DNA of 50,519 nucleotides from an uncultured Pseudomonadota bacterium (GTDB lineage Bacteria; Pseudomonadota; Alphaproteobacteria; RF32; CAG-239): NCBI GenBank assembly GCA_949295935.1, contig CASFMW010000012.1, positions 1 to 50,519 of the forward strand, read 5' to 3'. Shown piece by piece: positions 42,098 to 50,519 of this stretch (position 1 is its first letter; each line of letters starts with the position of its first letter). The notes under the pieces were generated by a model. It saw only the letters and a program-made list of their open reading frames with translations, ran no database searches and was not told where the DNA came from. The position numbers and the translations under genes were made by a program.

Positions 42098-43690
42098 TTA
42101 ACCCAAGAGTTTTTGCATTTTTGCTAGTTCTTCAAGCGAAGGAAGTTCATTTTTTTCTTCCATAACTTCTAATTCTTGTTTGACTTGCAAAATTTTGTTC
42201 ATATTTTGCACATATTCTTGATATTTCTGTTCAAAACTTTGCGAGAACTGACTAAGTTTTTGGTTTTTTGCAGATAAATTTTTTATCTGTTTTTCTCCTT
42301 CCACCTTCAGTTTTTTCTTATCTTTAAAACAAGCTAGATTAACAGCGTCGGCAAAACCATCTGATTCTCCATCAAGTCCATATAAGTCAGCAAACAATGC
42401 GGCCGGAACTTCGTCTGAGGAAAGCCTTAATAATGATCCTCCTGCTCCCGCATCTCTTATACCGGTTTGAGTGGCAATAAAGAAAAAATGTTCCCATTTC
42501 TCTTCTATTTGAAATCGTCTGTTTCGATACATTTGCCAATATATGTCTTTTATCGTTTCTCTAACCTGATTAAGTGAGATACTTGTTGCTTGCGCATATT
42601 CAACAAGATATTTACTAAGAGATGCCAGCGCTTTTGAAACCTCCATTTTCACTTCGGCCAGTAATTCCAGTACATTACTTGTGTAGAAAAACGCTCGATT
42701 AGGACATTCTGTTGTATTGGGGCTAACAAAACGTTCAATCCATAGCCAATCATTCTTTCCATTTACTAATTTACCGAACATTGACGACATCTTGAGCGTT
42801 AGATGATTATCAATATTATAATCTCCTTTTTCTTCATCTTTTTTATAAACATGCCAATACAAATAATGAACTATTTCTAATGGTGAAAGTAAGGATGAGG
42901 CTTGAACTTCCCAACCATGAACTCTTTGTTTGAGACATTCAGTTCCATCAAAAAGTTGATGTTGTTTTTCATAATAGGGTTCATGATCTATTTTATAGAA
43001 ATTGATTGCTCCTATATTGAAACAAGCCGGTTCATAGATACATTCTTCGTACCAGGAATCTTCATATTTTCCTGTTAACGAATTATATTCGTCTCCACTA
43101 TTGCGCGATAGCCATTTACAAAAGCTTCGTTTTTCATTAGTCTTTTTGTGTTCCCCAAAACTATAATTTATTTCATCATTTCTTACAGCATTTGCATAAT
43201 CGCGAAAACAAAATTGACCCGACACAACATCAAAATAAACCTTGATGATTTCTAGTCTATTGTCAAACGAAATCCAACTATTTTCCCAATTTTTATTACT
43301 ATATTTACCAGTTAGCTCGACAAATATAGTATTAATACATGGAATTTGGTTCAGAATAGAACGTAAATCATCTTTAGGCTCAGAATCCTGCTTTATTTTA
43401 GCATATTCTTTCACCAATTTTTCCCAACTCCAACCAGATTTCGGTTTATAAGCAATGGTTTCATAAACCAAGTTATAACCTTGACCATTGTCAAAAAATT
43501 TTGGTTTATTTTCAGGATTAAAACGAACTTGTGCAAAAAAAACATCACAACAATAGTAACCGTTTTCTCGCAGATACTTGCTTAGGAATGCACGCATTAA
43601 ACGTGTATCCAAAAACTCTGGACGCAAGCTAAAATAAAAATTTTCCATAATAGTATAATGTTTAAGTGTTAATAATAATATTTTATTCAA
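42098..43690 (-). CDS. hypothetical cytoplasmic protein (530 aa), C-terminal coiled coil, no recognisable domain
   Basis: Long uninterrupted ORF rich in W/Y/F/C. The track start is TTG 43690; ATG 43648 (MENFYF) is an alternative. Confidence 0.55.
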   Translation of the reverse strand: MNKILLLTLKHYTIMENFYFSLRPEFLDTRLMRAFLSKYLRENGYYCCDVFFAQVRFNPENKPKFFDNGQGYNLVYETIAYKPKSGWSWEKLVKEYAKIKQDSEPKDDLRSILNQIPCINTIFVELTGKYSNKNWENSWISFDNRLEIIKVYFDVVSGQFCFRDYANAVRNDEINYSFGEHKKTNEKRSFCKWLSRNSGDEYNSLTGKYEDSWYEECIYEPACFNIGAINFYKIDHEPYYEKQHQLFDGTECLKQRVHGWEVQASSLLSPLEIVHYLYWHVYKKDEEKGDYNIDNHLTLKMSSMFGKLVNGKNDWLWIERFVSPNTTECPNRAFFYTSNVLELLAEVKMEVSKALASLSKYLVEYAQATSISLNQVRETIKDIYWQMYRNRRFQIEEKWEHFFFIATQTGIRDAGAGGSLLRLSSDEVPAALFADLYGLDGESDGFADAVNLACFKDKKKLKVEGEKQIKNLSAKNQKLSQFSQSFEQKYQEYVQNMNKILQVKQELEVMEEKNELPSLEELAKMQKLLG

Positions 43691-43735
43691 AATTCAAGCT
43701 ATACTTTTTTGTTTAAATTGTCAAACACAAAATTT

Positions 43736-44170
43736 TCATTCAATATCCCAAGGAAAGACAATCCATTTGTCAGGGAGTTCTTTGGCACAGATATCGACAT
43801 CACCATGCCCCTTAGGCTTGCTGTATACGGCGGCGTAGTGCGCTTGCGGATAAAGTTTGCGCACCAAACGGAAGGTGCGTCCTGTGTCTGACAAATCATC
43901 AACAATCAAAGTGTGATCATCAACCTCTCCGACATTGCAATCCAGCTCTATTTTATCGTCTTCTCGGCGCTCATTATTATCATAGCTGGATATATTTATG
44001 GCCTGAGAGTTGCGTATATCAAGCTCATAAGCCAAAATTCCGGCCGGAAGCAATCCGCCTCGGCTGATGGCTATTATTTTATTAAACTCTCCGGTTGCTT
44101 TTATTTTTTGTGCCAAAAGCTTTACATCTTGGTGAAAGCTGTTCCAATCAATATAACATTTTTCAGTCAT
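43736..44170 (-). CDS. gpt: xanthine-guanine phosphoribosyltransferase
   Basis: Collinear with E. coli Gpt: IIAISRGGLLPAGILAYEL, PRPP loop LIVDDLSDTGRT, C-terminal WIVFPWD. Size is 144 aa. Confidence 0.9.
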   Translation of the reverse strand: MTEKCYIDWNSFHQDVKLLAQKIKATGEFNKIIAISRGGLLPAGILAYELDIRNSQAINISSYDNNERREDDKIELDCNVGEVDDHTLIVDDLSDTGRTFRLVRKLYPQAHYAAVYSKPKGHGDVDICAKELPDKWIVFPWDIE

Positions 44171-44705
44171 TTTTTACCATGTCCGATTTTTCTGTTTTTA
44201 TGCGGTTAATATATTCAACAACGCGGTCATCACCCCATTTGGCAGAACCGCGAAGCCGTCCGATTTCGTAACCTTGCTTGCTTATCAATACCGCATTAGG
44301 CGATGTGAATATTCCTAAGTCGGCAGCTAAATTGCTTTTTTCATCAATGTAAAAATCCATTTTCTCGGCACCAAAGCGGTCTAAAAATTCTCTTTGTTCT
44401 AAGGAATTAGACCATTCTTGTGACGGAGAAATCAGCACAACTTTAATCCCTTTGTCGGCTGTTTTATCGGCAAATTCTTGAAGATCATCAAGTTCTTTAA
44501 TACAGGGCATACAATGACGTGACCAAAATACGGCGACAACAAAATCGTTATCAAAATCCGTCAGTTTTATTTCTGTTCCGTCAGAGCGCTTAAGTGAACG
44601 TGAAGGCAGTTCACGCGGTGTTTCGTATATATTTACGCCCTTTTGAGCAGCTGCCGCAACGCTTATGCTACAGCTAAGGATTATTCCGAGTATGTATTTT
44701 ATCAT
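44163..44705 (-). CDS. periplasmic thioredoxin-fold thiol:disulfide oxidoreductase (TlpA/ResA/DsbE-like)
   Basis: ATG 44705 gives the signal peptide MIKYILGIILSCSISVAAAA. CxxC motif WSRHCMPC. The track's longer N-terminus (to 44867) overlaps a plus-strand lipoprotein ORF. Confidence 0.8.
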   Translation of the reverse strand: MIKYILGIILSCSISVAAAAQKGVNIYETPRELPSRSLKRSDGTEIKLTDFDNDFVVAVFWSRHCMPCIKELDDLQEFADKTADKGIKVVLISPSQEWSNSLEQREFLDRFGAEKMDFYIDEKSNLAADLGIFTSPNAVLISKQGYEIGRLRGSAKWGDDRVVEYINRIKTEKSDMVKND

Positions 44706-44799
44706 CTTAATAACTGCAATATAAGTTTTGTGTTTCTCTTGCTTTAAGAGTATAACTCTTTTTATAGAAGATAGTATATAGCAAAAAGGTTTCAAAATC

Positions 44800-44928
44800 A
44801 TGAAGAAATTTTGTTTGTTTTTAGTGTTGGCTGCTTTTTTAGCCGTCTCTCTTACTGCTTGCGGCAAAATGGCCTTTCCTGAGCCATATGAAGGCTCCGG
44901 CTATCCTCACTCTTATCCTCGTGTGTAA
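44800..44928 (+). CDS. small putative lipoprotein (42 aa), not in the ORF track
   Basis: MKKFCLFLVLAAFLAVSLTA|CGKMAFPEPYEGSGYPHSYPRV has a classic lipobox. It is reminiscent of small CG-K-x-x-P lipoproteins (LptM/YifL-like), but that link is unproven. Confidence 0.45.
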   Translation: MKKFCLFLVLAAFLAVSLTACGKMAFPEPYEGSGYPHSYPRV

Positions 44929-44952
44929 TTTTATTTTAAGGCGAATCCGGTT

Positions 44953-45651
44953 ATGGTTGATGATAAAAATTCTTTTTCCGACGAAATGATTCCTTATGTG
45001 GAATTTGCCGATAATGCAAATGAGCGCACACCTTGCGTGTTGGTTTTAGACTGCTCAGGCTCTATGCGCGGCGAACCGATTAAGCAGTTAAACGCCGGTT
45101 TGAAAGCCCTTGAAAAAGAACTTAAAGAAGATATTGATGCAAGTTCTCGCGTGCAACTCCTTATCATTAAAGCCTTTGGAAAAGATGAGGCAGAGGTGTC
45201 TTCTGATTGGGTAGACGCCATGAATTTTGAAGCTCCGGTTATGGAAGCCGGCGGGCTCACTCCTCTCGGAAAGGCTATGGAAAAAGCTTTGCAAAAAATC
45301 GAAGAGCAGAAGTGCCTTTATGATAGCTGTGGTATTACCTCTAAAAGGCCTTGGATTTTTCTTATCAGCGATGGTGAACCGACAGATTATGACTGGGAGA
45401 TTATTGCCGAAAAATGCCGTCAGGCTCAAATCAATAAAAAAGTGGTGATTCATGCCGTCGGAACTCAAGGCGCTAATTTAGAGAAATTGGCTAAGTTTTC
45501 AACTATATCTCCTAAGCGTTTGACCGGGCTGAAATTTACTGAATTTTTCTTGTGGCTATCACGCAGCGTGTCTTGCGTCTCAAAGGCCGCTCCGAATGTT
45601 CCTGATTTGCTTGAAGATACGGGCGATTGGAATGAAGAAGAACAATTCTAA
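44953..45651 (+). CDS. von Willebrand factor A (TerY/YegL-like) protein
   Basis: MIDAS motif VLVLDCSGSM. Later LISDGEPTD. Size is 232 aa. Confidence 0.85.
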   Translation: MVDDKNSFSDEMIPYVEFADNANERTPCVLVLDCSGSMRGEPIKQLNAGLKALEKELKEDIDASSRVQLLIIKAFGKDEAEVSSDWVDAMNFEAPVMEAGGLTPLGKAMEKALQKIEEQKCLYDSCGITSKRPWIFLISDGEPTDYDWEIIAEKCRQAQINKKVVIHAVGTQGANLEKLAKFSTISPKRLTGLKFTEFFLWLSRSVSCVSKAAPNVPDLLEDTGDWNEEEQF

Positions 45652-46384
45652 TAACATAAAGGTTGTGGCCGCCAGTGTTTGCGGGCCGATGCACTGCTAT
45701 CGCAAAATGCCTTGTCAGGATTTTTTTAAACATAAGTCCTCAGGCAAGAATTTTGTGGCAGTCGTTTCTGACGGCGCAGGCTCTGCTAAATATGGAAAAA
45801 TCGGCGCTCGCGTTATTTGCGAAACAATTGTTGACCTTCTTTCCAACTGTGACTTTGAAAACATACATCAGCATGTTGTTCGGGCAATTTCCGTGGCGAG
45901 AAACAAGCTTTTGCGCCACCGTTTTAATAAGCAGAAAAATGCTGACGGGCTGATGGATTTTTCGGCAACGCTTATCGGTGCTGTTTGCCGCGATAAAAAA
46001 GGGATTTTCTTTCATATCGGCGACGGCGCGGGAATCGCTTTTAATGCTGATAATTGCGATCATTTTGTGGCGTCCAAGCCTGAAAACGGAGCCTTTTCTT
46101 GCGAAACTTTTTTTTATACCATGGATGACTGGAAAGATTCCCTTCGCTTTACCTCCTTTGAAGGCGCTGACACGCTCTTTTTGATGAGCGACGGGCTTAC
46201 TAATTTTGCTTTCTCTGCCGATTTTACCAAAATCGAAAAAGGATTTTTGCTGCCTATCAATAATTTTTTGGCACAACCAATGACTAAGGAAAAAGCCGTG
46301 CGCGCGTTGAATAATACGCTGAACACGCCTTTGGCAAAGCGTCTTAATTCTGATGACAAAACTCTTCTTTGGGCGAGGTTGTGA
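45632..46384 (+). CDS. PP2C-family Ser/Thr phosphatase
   Basis: ATG 45632 overlaps the vWA gene by 20 nt. CQDFF...VVSDGAGSAKYG, FHIGDGAG and LFLMSDGL are typical of the bacterial PP2C_2 type. Confidence 0.8.
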   Translation: MKKNNSNNIKVVAASVCGPMHCYRKMPCQDFFKHKSSGKNFVAVVSDGAGSAKYGKIGARVICETIVDLLSNCDFENIHQHVVRAISVARNKLLRHRFNKQKNADGLMDFSATLIGAVCRDKKGIFFHIGDGAGIAFNADNCDHFVASKPENGAFSCETFFYTMDDWKDSLRFTSFEGADTLFLMSDGLTNFAFSADFTKIEKGFLLPINNFLAQPMTKEKAVRALNNTLNTPLAKRLNSDDKTLLWARL

Positions 46385-47859
46385 TGATTGAACAGCCAAA
46401 TCTTGAAGGAAACTCTTATGCCGCCATTTATCCCAACGGGCGTTTTGAAAAAATTACACTCGGGGCAATGATTAATCGCGGCGGGGCGGCCGGTCGAATC
46501 TATCTTGTAAAAAACTTTCCGCAGGTTGTGGCAAAAATCTTTCATAACCGAAGCAAAAGTGCGACAAACCGTCAAAAATTAGAGGCCATGCTCCATAATC
46601 CGCCTCATTTTCCGCCGGCTATAAAAAACGGTGTCGAATACGTTCAAATTGCTTGGCCGGAAGCCGTGCTTGATGATGAAAACGGTTTTTGCGTCGGATA
46701 TCTAATGCCTTTGGTTAAAATGGACGAGGCGGTCTCCTTAGACCATCTTATGCAAAAAGCTATTCGAAAAAAGCTCGGACTGTCAGAAAAATATTCTTAT
46801 CGCATTTTTGCTGCTTATAACGTAACATCAATGGTGGCTGCTCTGCACCGTGCCGGACATTATATTGTTGACCTCAAACCGTCAAATGTTTCAGTCTATA
46901 AAGACTCTATGATGGTTGCCATGGTTGACTGTGACGGTTTTTCGATTAAAGGAGAAAAAGAAGGTATTCGCTATCCGGCAGAGTTTGTCAGCGAAGAATA
47001 TATCTATCCGGAAGGAATGTCTCAGTCTTGTGATGAAATGGGCGAAGAGCAAGACAAGTTTGCGCTTGCGGTTATGATTTTTAAGCTCCTTAACAACGGG
47101 ATTCACCCGTTTTCGGGAACCCCGAGAAAAGATGTTGAAATGCTCACCATTCAGAACCGTATTGAGCAATATCATTATGCTTATGGTCTGTGGCCGGACA
47201 CATATCAAGCCCCTCACCCTTATTCTTTGCATGAATATTTTGACCCTAAAACACTCGAAATGTTTGAACGGGCCTTTGTACGTGGCGGTAAACGTCCTTC
47301 GGCCGAAGAATGGCAAAATCATCTTAAATATTTGCTCAAAAATCTGAAAACCTGTAAAAAGAATCCTAATCATGCTTATTTTACAGCAAAAGGATGTGGA
47401 TTATGTGTGGCTGAGGAACGCCTTAAAGGTACTTTGGTTCATGTGCAAAAGCAAAAAGAAACACCGCAAATGTTGCGCGGTATGGAAGTTTCTTCTTTGT
47501 CGGTAGAAAATTTTGAAAAAAACAAAGCTGAAAAACTCAGCGAGGCGCAAAAAATCAAAAACTTTACGATTGCCGGCATCATCTGCTATTTGACCTTTTT
47601 TGCTGCGCTATTCAAAATTTTCGGAAGTGTCGGCTCTTGGTTGAAAGATATTGGCTTTGGAATGCAGGCGGTTCTCATCACGCTTATAATGTTTGGAATT
47701 AACCGCTTTATCAAGCATTTTAAGGACAGGCTCCCCTTATTGCAAAATCGCGCGCTAACCCAGATGTTGCAGGTTTATGCTTTTATTTGCATTCTTATCG
47801 CCCTCCTCTTTTTGAACGAATTTCCCGACGGGCTTTTCCTGCCGCCACTTTCCTTGTAA
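46384..47859 (+). CDS. Ser/Thr protein kinase-like protein with C-terminal membrane helices
   Basis: The start overlaps the PP2C stop (TGATG). G-loop-like GGAAGRIY, VAKIF (VAIK-like), catalytic loop IVDLKPSN, DFG-like VDCDGF. Three C-terminal hydrophobic helices. Confidence 0.75.
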   Translation: MIEQPNLEGNSYAAIYPNGRFEKITLGAMINRGGAAGRIYLVKNFPQVVAKIFHNRSKSATNRQKLEAMLHNPPHFPPAIKNGVEYVQIAWPEAVLDDENGFCVGYLMPLVKMDEAVSLDHLMQKAIRKKLGLSEKYSYRIFAAYNVTSMVAALHRAGHYIVDLKPSNVSVYKDSMMVAMVDCDGFSIKGEKEGIRYPAEFVSEEYIYPEGMSQSCDEMGEEQDKFALAVMIFKLLNNGIHPFSGTPRKDVEMLTIQNRIEQYHYAYGLWPDTYQAPHPYSLHEYFDPKTLEMFERAFVRGGKRPSAEEWQNHLKYLLKNLKTCKKNPNHAYFTAKGCGLCVAEERLKGTLVHVQKQKETPQMLRGMEVSSLSVENFEKNKAEKLSEAQKIKNFTIAGIICYLTFFAALFKIFGSVGSWLKDIGFGMQAVLITLIMFGINRFIKHFKDRLPLLQNRALTQMLQVYAFICILIALLFLNEFPDGLFLPPLSL

Positions 47860-47941
47860 AAAAAATTATATTTAAACTACACATTTTTATTTTTTTATGT
47901 TATTGTCCTTGTAGTTTGTTTTATATTTGAGGTTGTAAACA

Positions 47942-49330
47942 GTGATAAATTTAAATCCTATCGTTATCTCGGGTAAAGAGGTTCTTCCCTTAATTGAGGG
48001 CGGAAAAGGTATTAATGCCAGCAACGGATTTAGCTCCGGTGCTTGGGCAAAAGAAAATTGTGTCGGTACTTTTTCCGGCGTAAGCCCTGATTTTTATGAT
48101 GACAAAGGCAATGTTGTTATAGAGACTTTTTCTAAAAAGCTGCGTAAAGATCGTCATGAAGAAATGGTTGAATATGCTATTCGCGGCGGTGTGGCTCAGG
48201 CTCAGGTTGCTCATGAAATCTCTAACGGAAACGGTCGTATTCATATGAACATGCTATGGGAAATGGCGGATTCCGAAAGAATGTTGACCGGCGTTTTGGA
48301 GCGTGCAAAAGGGCTTATTCACGGAATTACCTGCGGTGCAGGGTTGCCTTATCACTTGGGTGAGCTTGCCTCAAAATTCGGTGTTTATTACTACCCAATT
48401 GTTTCTTCAGCCAGAGCTTTTCAAGTTTTGTGGAGAAGAGCCTATTCTCGCTTTACAGAATTTCTTGGTGGTGTGGTTTATGAAGATCCGTGGTTGGCCG
48501 GCGGTCACAATGGCTTGTCTAATGCCGAAGATCCGACCAAGCCGCAGAAGCCTTATGAAAGACTGGTTGAGCTACGCAAATTTTTGAATTCTATCAATAT
48601 GAAAGACTTGCCGATTATTTTGGCCGGCGGCGTTTGGTCTCTTGATGAATGGAAAGATTATATTGACAATCCGGATATCGGAAAAATCGCTTTCCAATTT
48701 GGTACGCGCCCGATGATGACTAAAGAAAGCCCAATCAGCGATGCTTGGAAAAAAGTTATGATGCAGGTCAAAAAAGGCGACGTAATCCTGCAAAAATTCA
48801 GCCCGACAGGTTTTTTCTCTTCGGCAATTAAAAATACGTTTCTTGAGCGCTTGATTGAGCGCAAGCAAGGCGAGGTTGCTTTTGTTACGGAAGCAAATAG
48901 CGAGTTTTCTCACCCGTTGGCAATTAATGAGCACAAAACCGTTTATATTAAGCCGCAAGATGCTTCTAAAGTAGAACAACAATTGAGTGCCGGTTTTACC
49001 GATATTCAAGAAACACCGGATTCAACCGTAGTCTTTATGACTCCGGAAGAAGTCAAGCAGATGAAACTTGACCGCGCAGCTTGTGTCGGTTGTTTGTCTC
49101 AGTGCCAATTTTCAACTTGGTCAAAAGCGACAGGCACAACTGGAAAACTTCCCGACCCGCGTTCTTATTGTATTCATAAGACATTGTATGAAGTCGGTCA
49201 CGGTGGCAGTGTTAAAGATCATTTACTGTTTGCCGGACATCAGGTTTATCGTTTTGCAACCGACCCATTATATCGCAACGGTGTTCCGTCGGTTAAAGAA
49301 CTGATTGAAAAAATTAAATCAGGGCAATAG
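47942..49330 (+). CDS. nitronate monooxygenase (NMO/2-nitropropane dioxygenase)-family FMN oxidoreductase
   Basis: GTG start with GAGG upstream. IEGGKG, ITCGAGLP and ILAGGV TIM-barrel flavoprotein-like motifs. 462 aa with a C-terminal Cys cluster. The family call is made from memory of the motif pattern only. Confidence 0.55.
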   Translation: MINLNPIVISGKEVLPLIEGGKGINASNGFSSGAWAKENCVGTFSGVSPDFYDDKGNVVIETFSKKLRKDRHEEMVEYAIRGGVAQAQVAHEISNGNGRIHMNMLWEMADSERMLTGVLERAKGLIHGITCGAGLPYHLGELASKFGVYYYPIVSSARAFQVLWRRAYSRFTEFLGGVVYEDPWLAGGHNGLSNAEDPTKPQKPYERLVELRKFLNSINMKDLPIILAGGVWSLDEWKDYIDNPDIGKIAFQFGTRPMMTKESPISDAWKKVMMQVKKGDVILQKFSPTGFFSSAIKNTFLERLIERKQGEVAFVTEANSEFSHPLAINEHKTVYIKPQDASKVEQQLSAGFTDIQETPDSTVVFMTPEEVKQMKLDRAACVGCLSQCQFSTWSKATGTTGKLPDPRSYCIHKTLYEVGHGGSVKDHLLFAGHQVYRFATDPLYRNGVPSVKELIEKIKSGQ

Positions 49331-49336
49331 GTCTTG

Positions 49337-49367
49337 TTCTCCGGTTCTACGCCGGAGAATTTTTTTA
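49337..49367 (+). terminator. Rho-independent terminator
   Basis: Perfect 8-bp stem ttctccgg (49337-44) / ccggagaa (49352-59), followed by a T7 run. Confidence 0.65.
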
Positions 49368-49380
49368 CGGAGTTTTCTTT

Positions 49381-50292
49381 ATGCCTTATATTAACCGGCT
49401 TAAAAATAAATGCGGTGGTAAAAGCGCCTTTTATATTCCGAAAAACGCGGAGCCTCTTATTTTTCCTGACGAGTTTTCCTGCCCTGATTCCATGGTTTCG
49501 GAAGGACAAAAAGCTCGTGGTTTACAGTTGATGTATTATCCTGAGGTTTACACAATTAAGCGTGATGCCCAAACGAATAAAATCGCGTTAAAAGATATTT
49601 CTGGACAAACGCAGCCTTTGCCGACAACTCTTGCCGGATTTAAAAATCTTGGCTTTCCCAAAATCACACTCTATGGCTATATGCTGTGTATTGATAAAGA
49701 TTTGATATCCACACTTTCGGAAGAAGAAAAAAAGTTTGTGAAATCAGCTATGGCGCATTTTCAAAAAATAAAAGAGAAGAATCCGCAACTGTCAGCAGCG
49801 CATGAGCTAAAACATGAAGAGAATCAGCATTTTTTCTATGAACTGCACAAAAAATATGGTCTGCGTTTGACCAACAAAGATTTTCTTATTAACCGCTATC
49901 TTGATGAAATTTCGGCAACGAATCGTGAGCAGCTTATAGAAAAGTCCCCACAAAATCTTGATGAGATGAAAAAAATTACACAACAAACGCAGGCAGACTG
50001 GTTATCATCTCCCGACAAAAAGCATTATTACCAAGATGAAAACAGTGACTTTGCCGCTCATCTTGACCAATATAAGGAGCTAGCGCAAGGCAAAAAAGCC
50101 GATGCTTCTCATAAAATGCTTAAAGAGCTGGCAGAACATTATTTTACCTATCAAGTCAACGGCAAAGACGTTTGCCTTGCCTCCGCCATTGACCTTGACT
50201 TTCCTATGCCGGAAAAACTTCTCCGCTATGCAGGCGTGGGAGATCAAGCTCGCTCACAACAATCTATGCGCTTTGATGGTGGAAGAGACTAA
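49381..50292 (+). CDS. hypothetical protein (303 aa)
   Basis: Long ORF. The ATG lies only ~14 nt after a terminator T-run, so the true start may be an internal Met (e.g. MVSEGQ). Confidence 0.45.
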   Translation: MPYINRLKNKCGGKSAFYIPKNAEPLIFPDEFSCPDSMVSEGQKARGLQLMYYPEVYTIKRDAQTNKIALKDISGQTQPLPTTLAGFKNLGFPKITLYGYMLCIDKDLISTLSEEEKKFVKSAMAHFQKIKEKNPQLSAAHELKHEENQHFFYELHKKYGLRLTNKDFLINRYLDEISATNREQLIEKSPQNLDEMKKITQQTQADWLSSPDKKHYYQDENSDFAAHLDQYKELAQGKKADASHKMLKELAEHYFTYQVNGKDVCLASAIDLDFPMPEKLLRYAGVGDQARSQQSMRFDGGRD

Positions 50293-50519
50293 AAAGGAAG
50301 GACAGGACGGACCTCGCCGCTGAGATTCTTACCGTAGTTGCCCAAACCGTAATTGCCGATAAAGTACGAGTACCACGCGCCGCTATTAAAGTCCTCGGAC
50401 GACGACCAAGCGTGGGTGCTTTCTGTGAATTGTGTCCCATTTCCATAGGCTAACCCCATATTAACTTCTTGTTGGTGGTAATAAATTGAGGATATTATTC
50501 CTGCTGCCGGTAAACACCA
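50289..50519 (-). CDS. partial CDS (3' end), probable outer-membrane beta-barrel protein
   Basis: The frame is open to the window edge and reads ...FNSGAWYSYFIGNYGLGNYGKNLSGEVRPVLPF*. The aromatic/Gly-rich alternating pattern and terminal Phe are typical of OMP C-termini. Its stop overlaps the stop of the convergent 303-aa ORF. Confidence 0.4.
   Translation of the reverse strand, partial: WCLPAAGIISSIYYHQQEVNMGLAYGNGTQFTESTHAWSSSEDFNSGAWYSYFIGNYGLGNYGKNLSGEVRPVLPF

Noticed and set aside
44706-44867. N-terminal extension of the thioredoxin-like ORF
   Set aside because: An internal ATG at 44705 yields a proper signal peptide. The extension overlaps a plus-strand lipoprotein ORF and has no protein-like features.
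45740-46575. Long minus-strand ORFs (219 aa and 153 aa) opposite the PP2C and kinase genes
   Set aside because: The plus-strand genes carry clear catalytic motifs and translational coupling. The antisense products are basic, low-complexity and motif-free.

Overview
Visibly AT-rich segment from a Gram-negative, probably host-associated proteobacterium; the taxon cannot be fixed from sequence alone. No rRNA, tRNA, CRISPR array, integrase, transposase or relaxase was recognised. About 39 kb (2682-42041) is occupied by two divergently transcribed envelope machines. (1) A ~26-kb minus-strand VirB-type type IV secretion operon (28966 down to 2682): three VirB2-like pilins, VirB3, VirB4, four secreted coiled-coil proteins, a VirB8 paralog, a VirB7-like lipoprotein, VirB8, a VirB9-SPOR fusion, a 1356-aa membrane-anchored repeat protein, a 1463-aa repeat-expanded VirB10, and VirB11. 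No VirB1, VirB6 or VirD4 is present in the window. (2) A ~11-kb plus-strand R64/PAPI-1-style type IVb pilus cluster (31239-42041): PilL, secretin PilN, PilO, PilP, ATPase PilQ, platform PilR, a pilin-like protein, two tandem prepilins and a PilT/DotB-like ATPase. It is preceded by a Lys/Ser/Pro-rich anchored protein whose 3' end is frameshifted by a perfect 26-bp tandem duplication. The flanks carry an isochorismatase-family hydrolase, a degenerate half DEAD-box protein, gpt, a TlpA-like thioredoxin, a vWA/PP2C/kinase (TerY-P-type) triad, an NMO-family flavoprotein, orphan ORFs and a partial outer-membrane protein. The most unusual signal is the T4SS. VirB10 appears split, or interrupted by one in-frame TAA, into an inner-membrane-anchored and a signal-peptide-bearing polypeptide. 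Each carries dozens of copies of the same ~17-residue repeat. This is combined with the VirB9-SPOR fusion, a 607-aa VirB2 derivative, and soluble coiled-coil proteins where VirB5/VirB6 normally sit.
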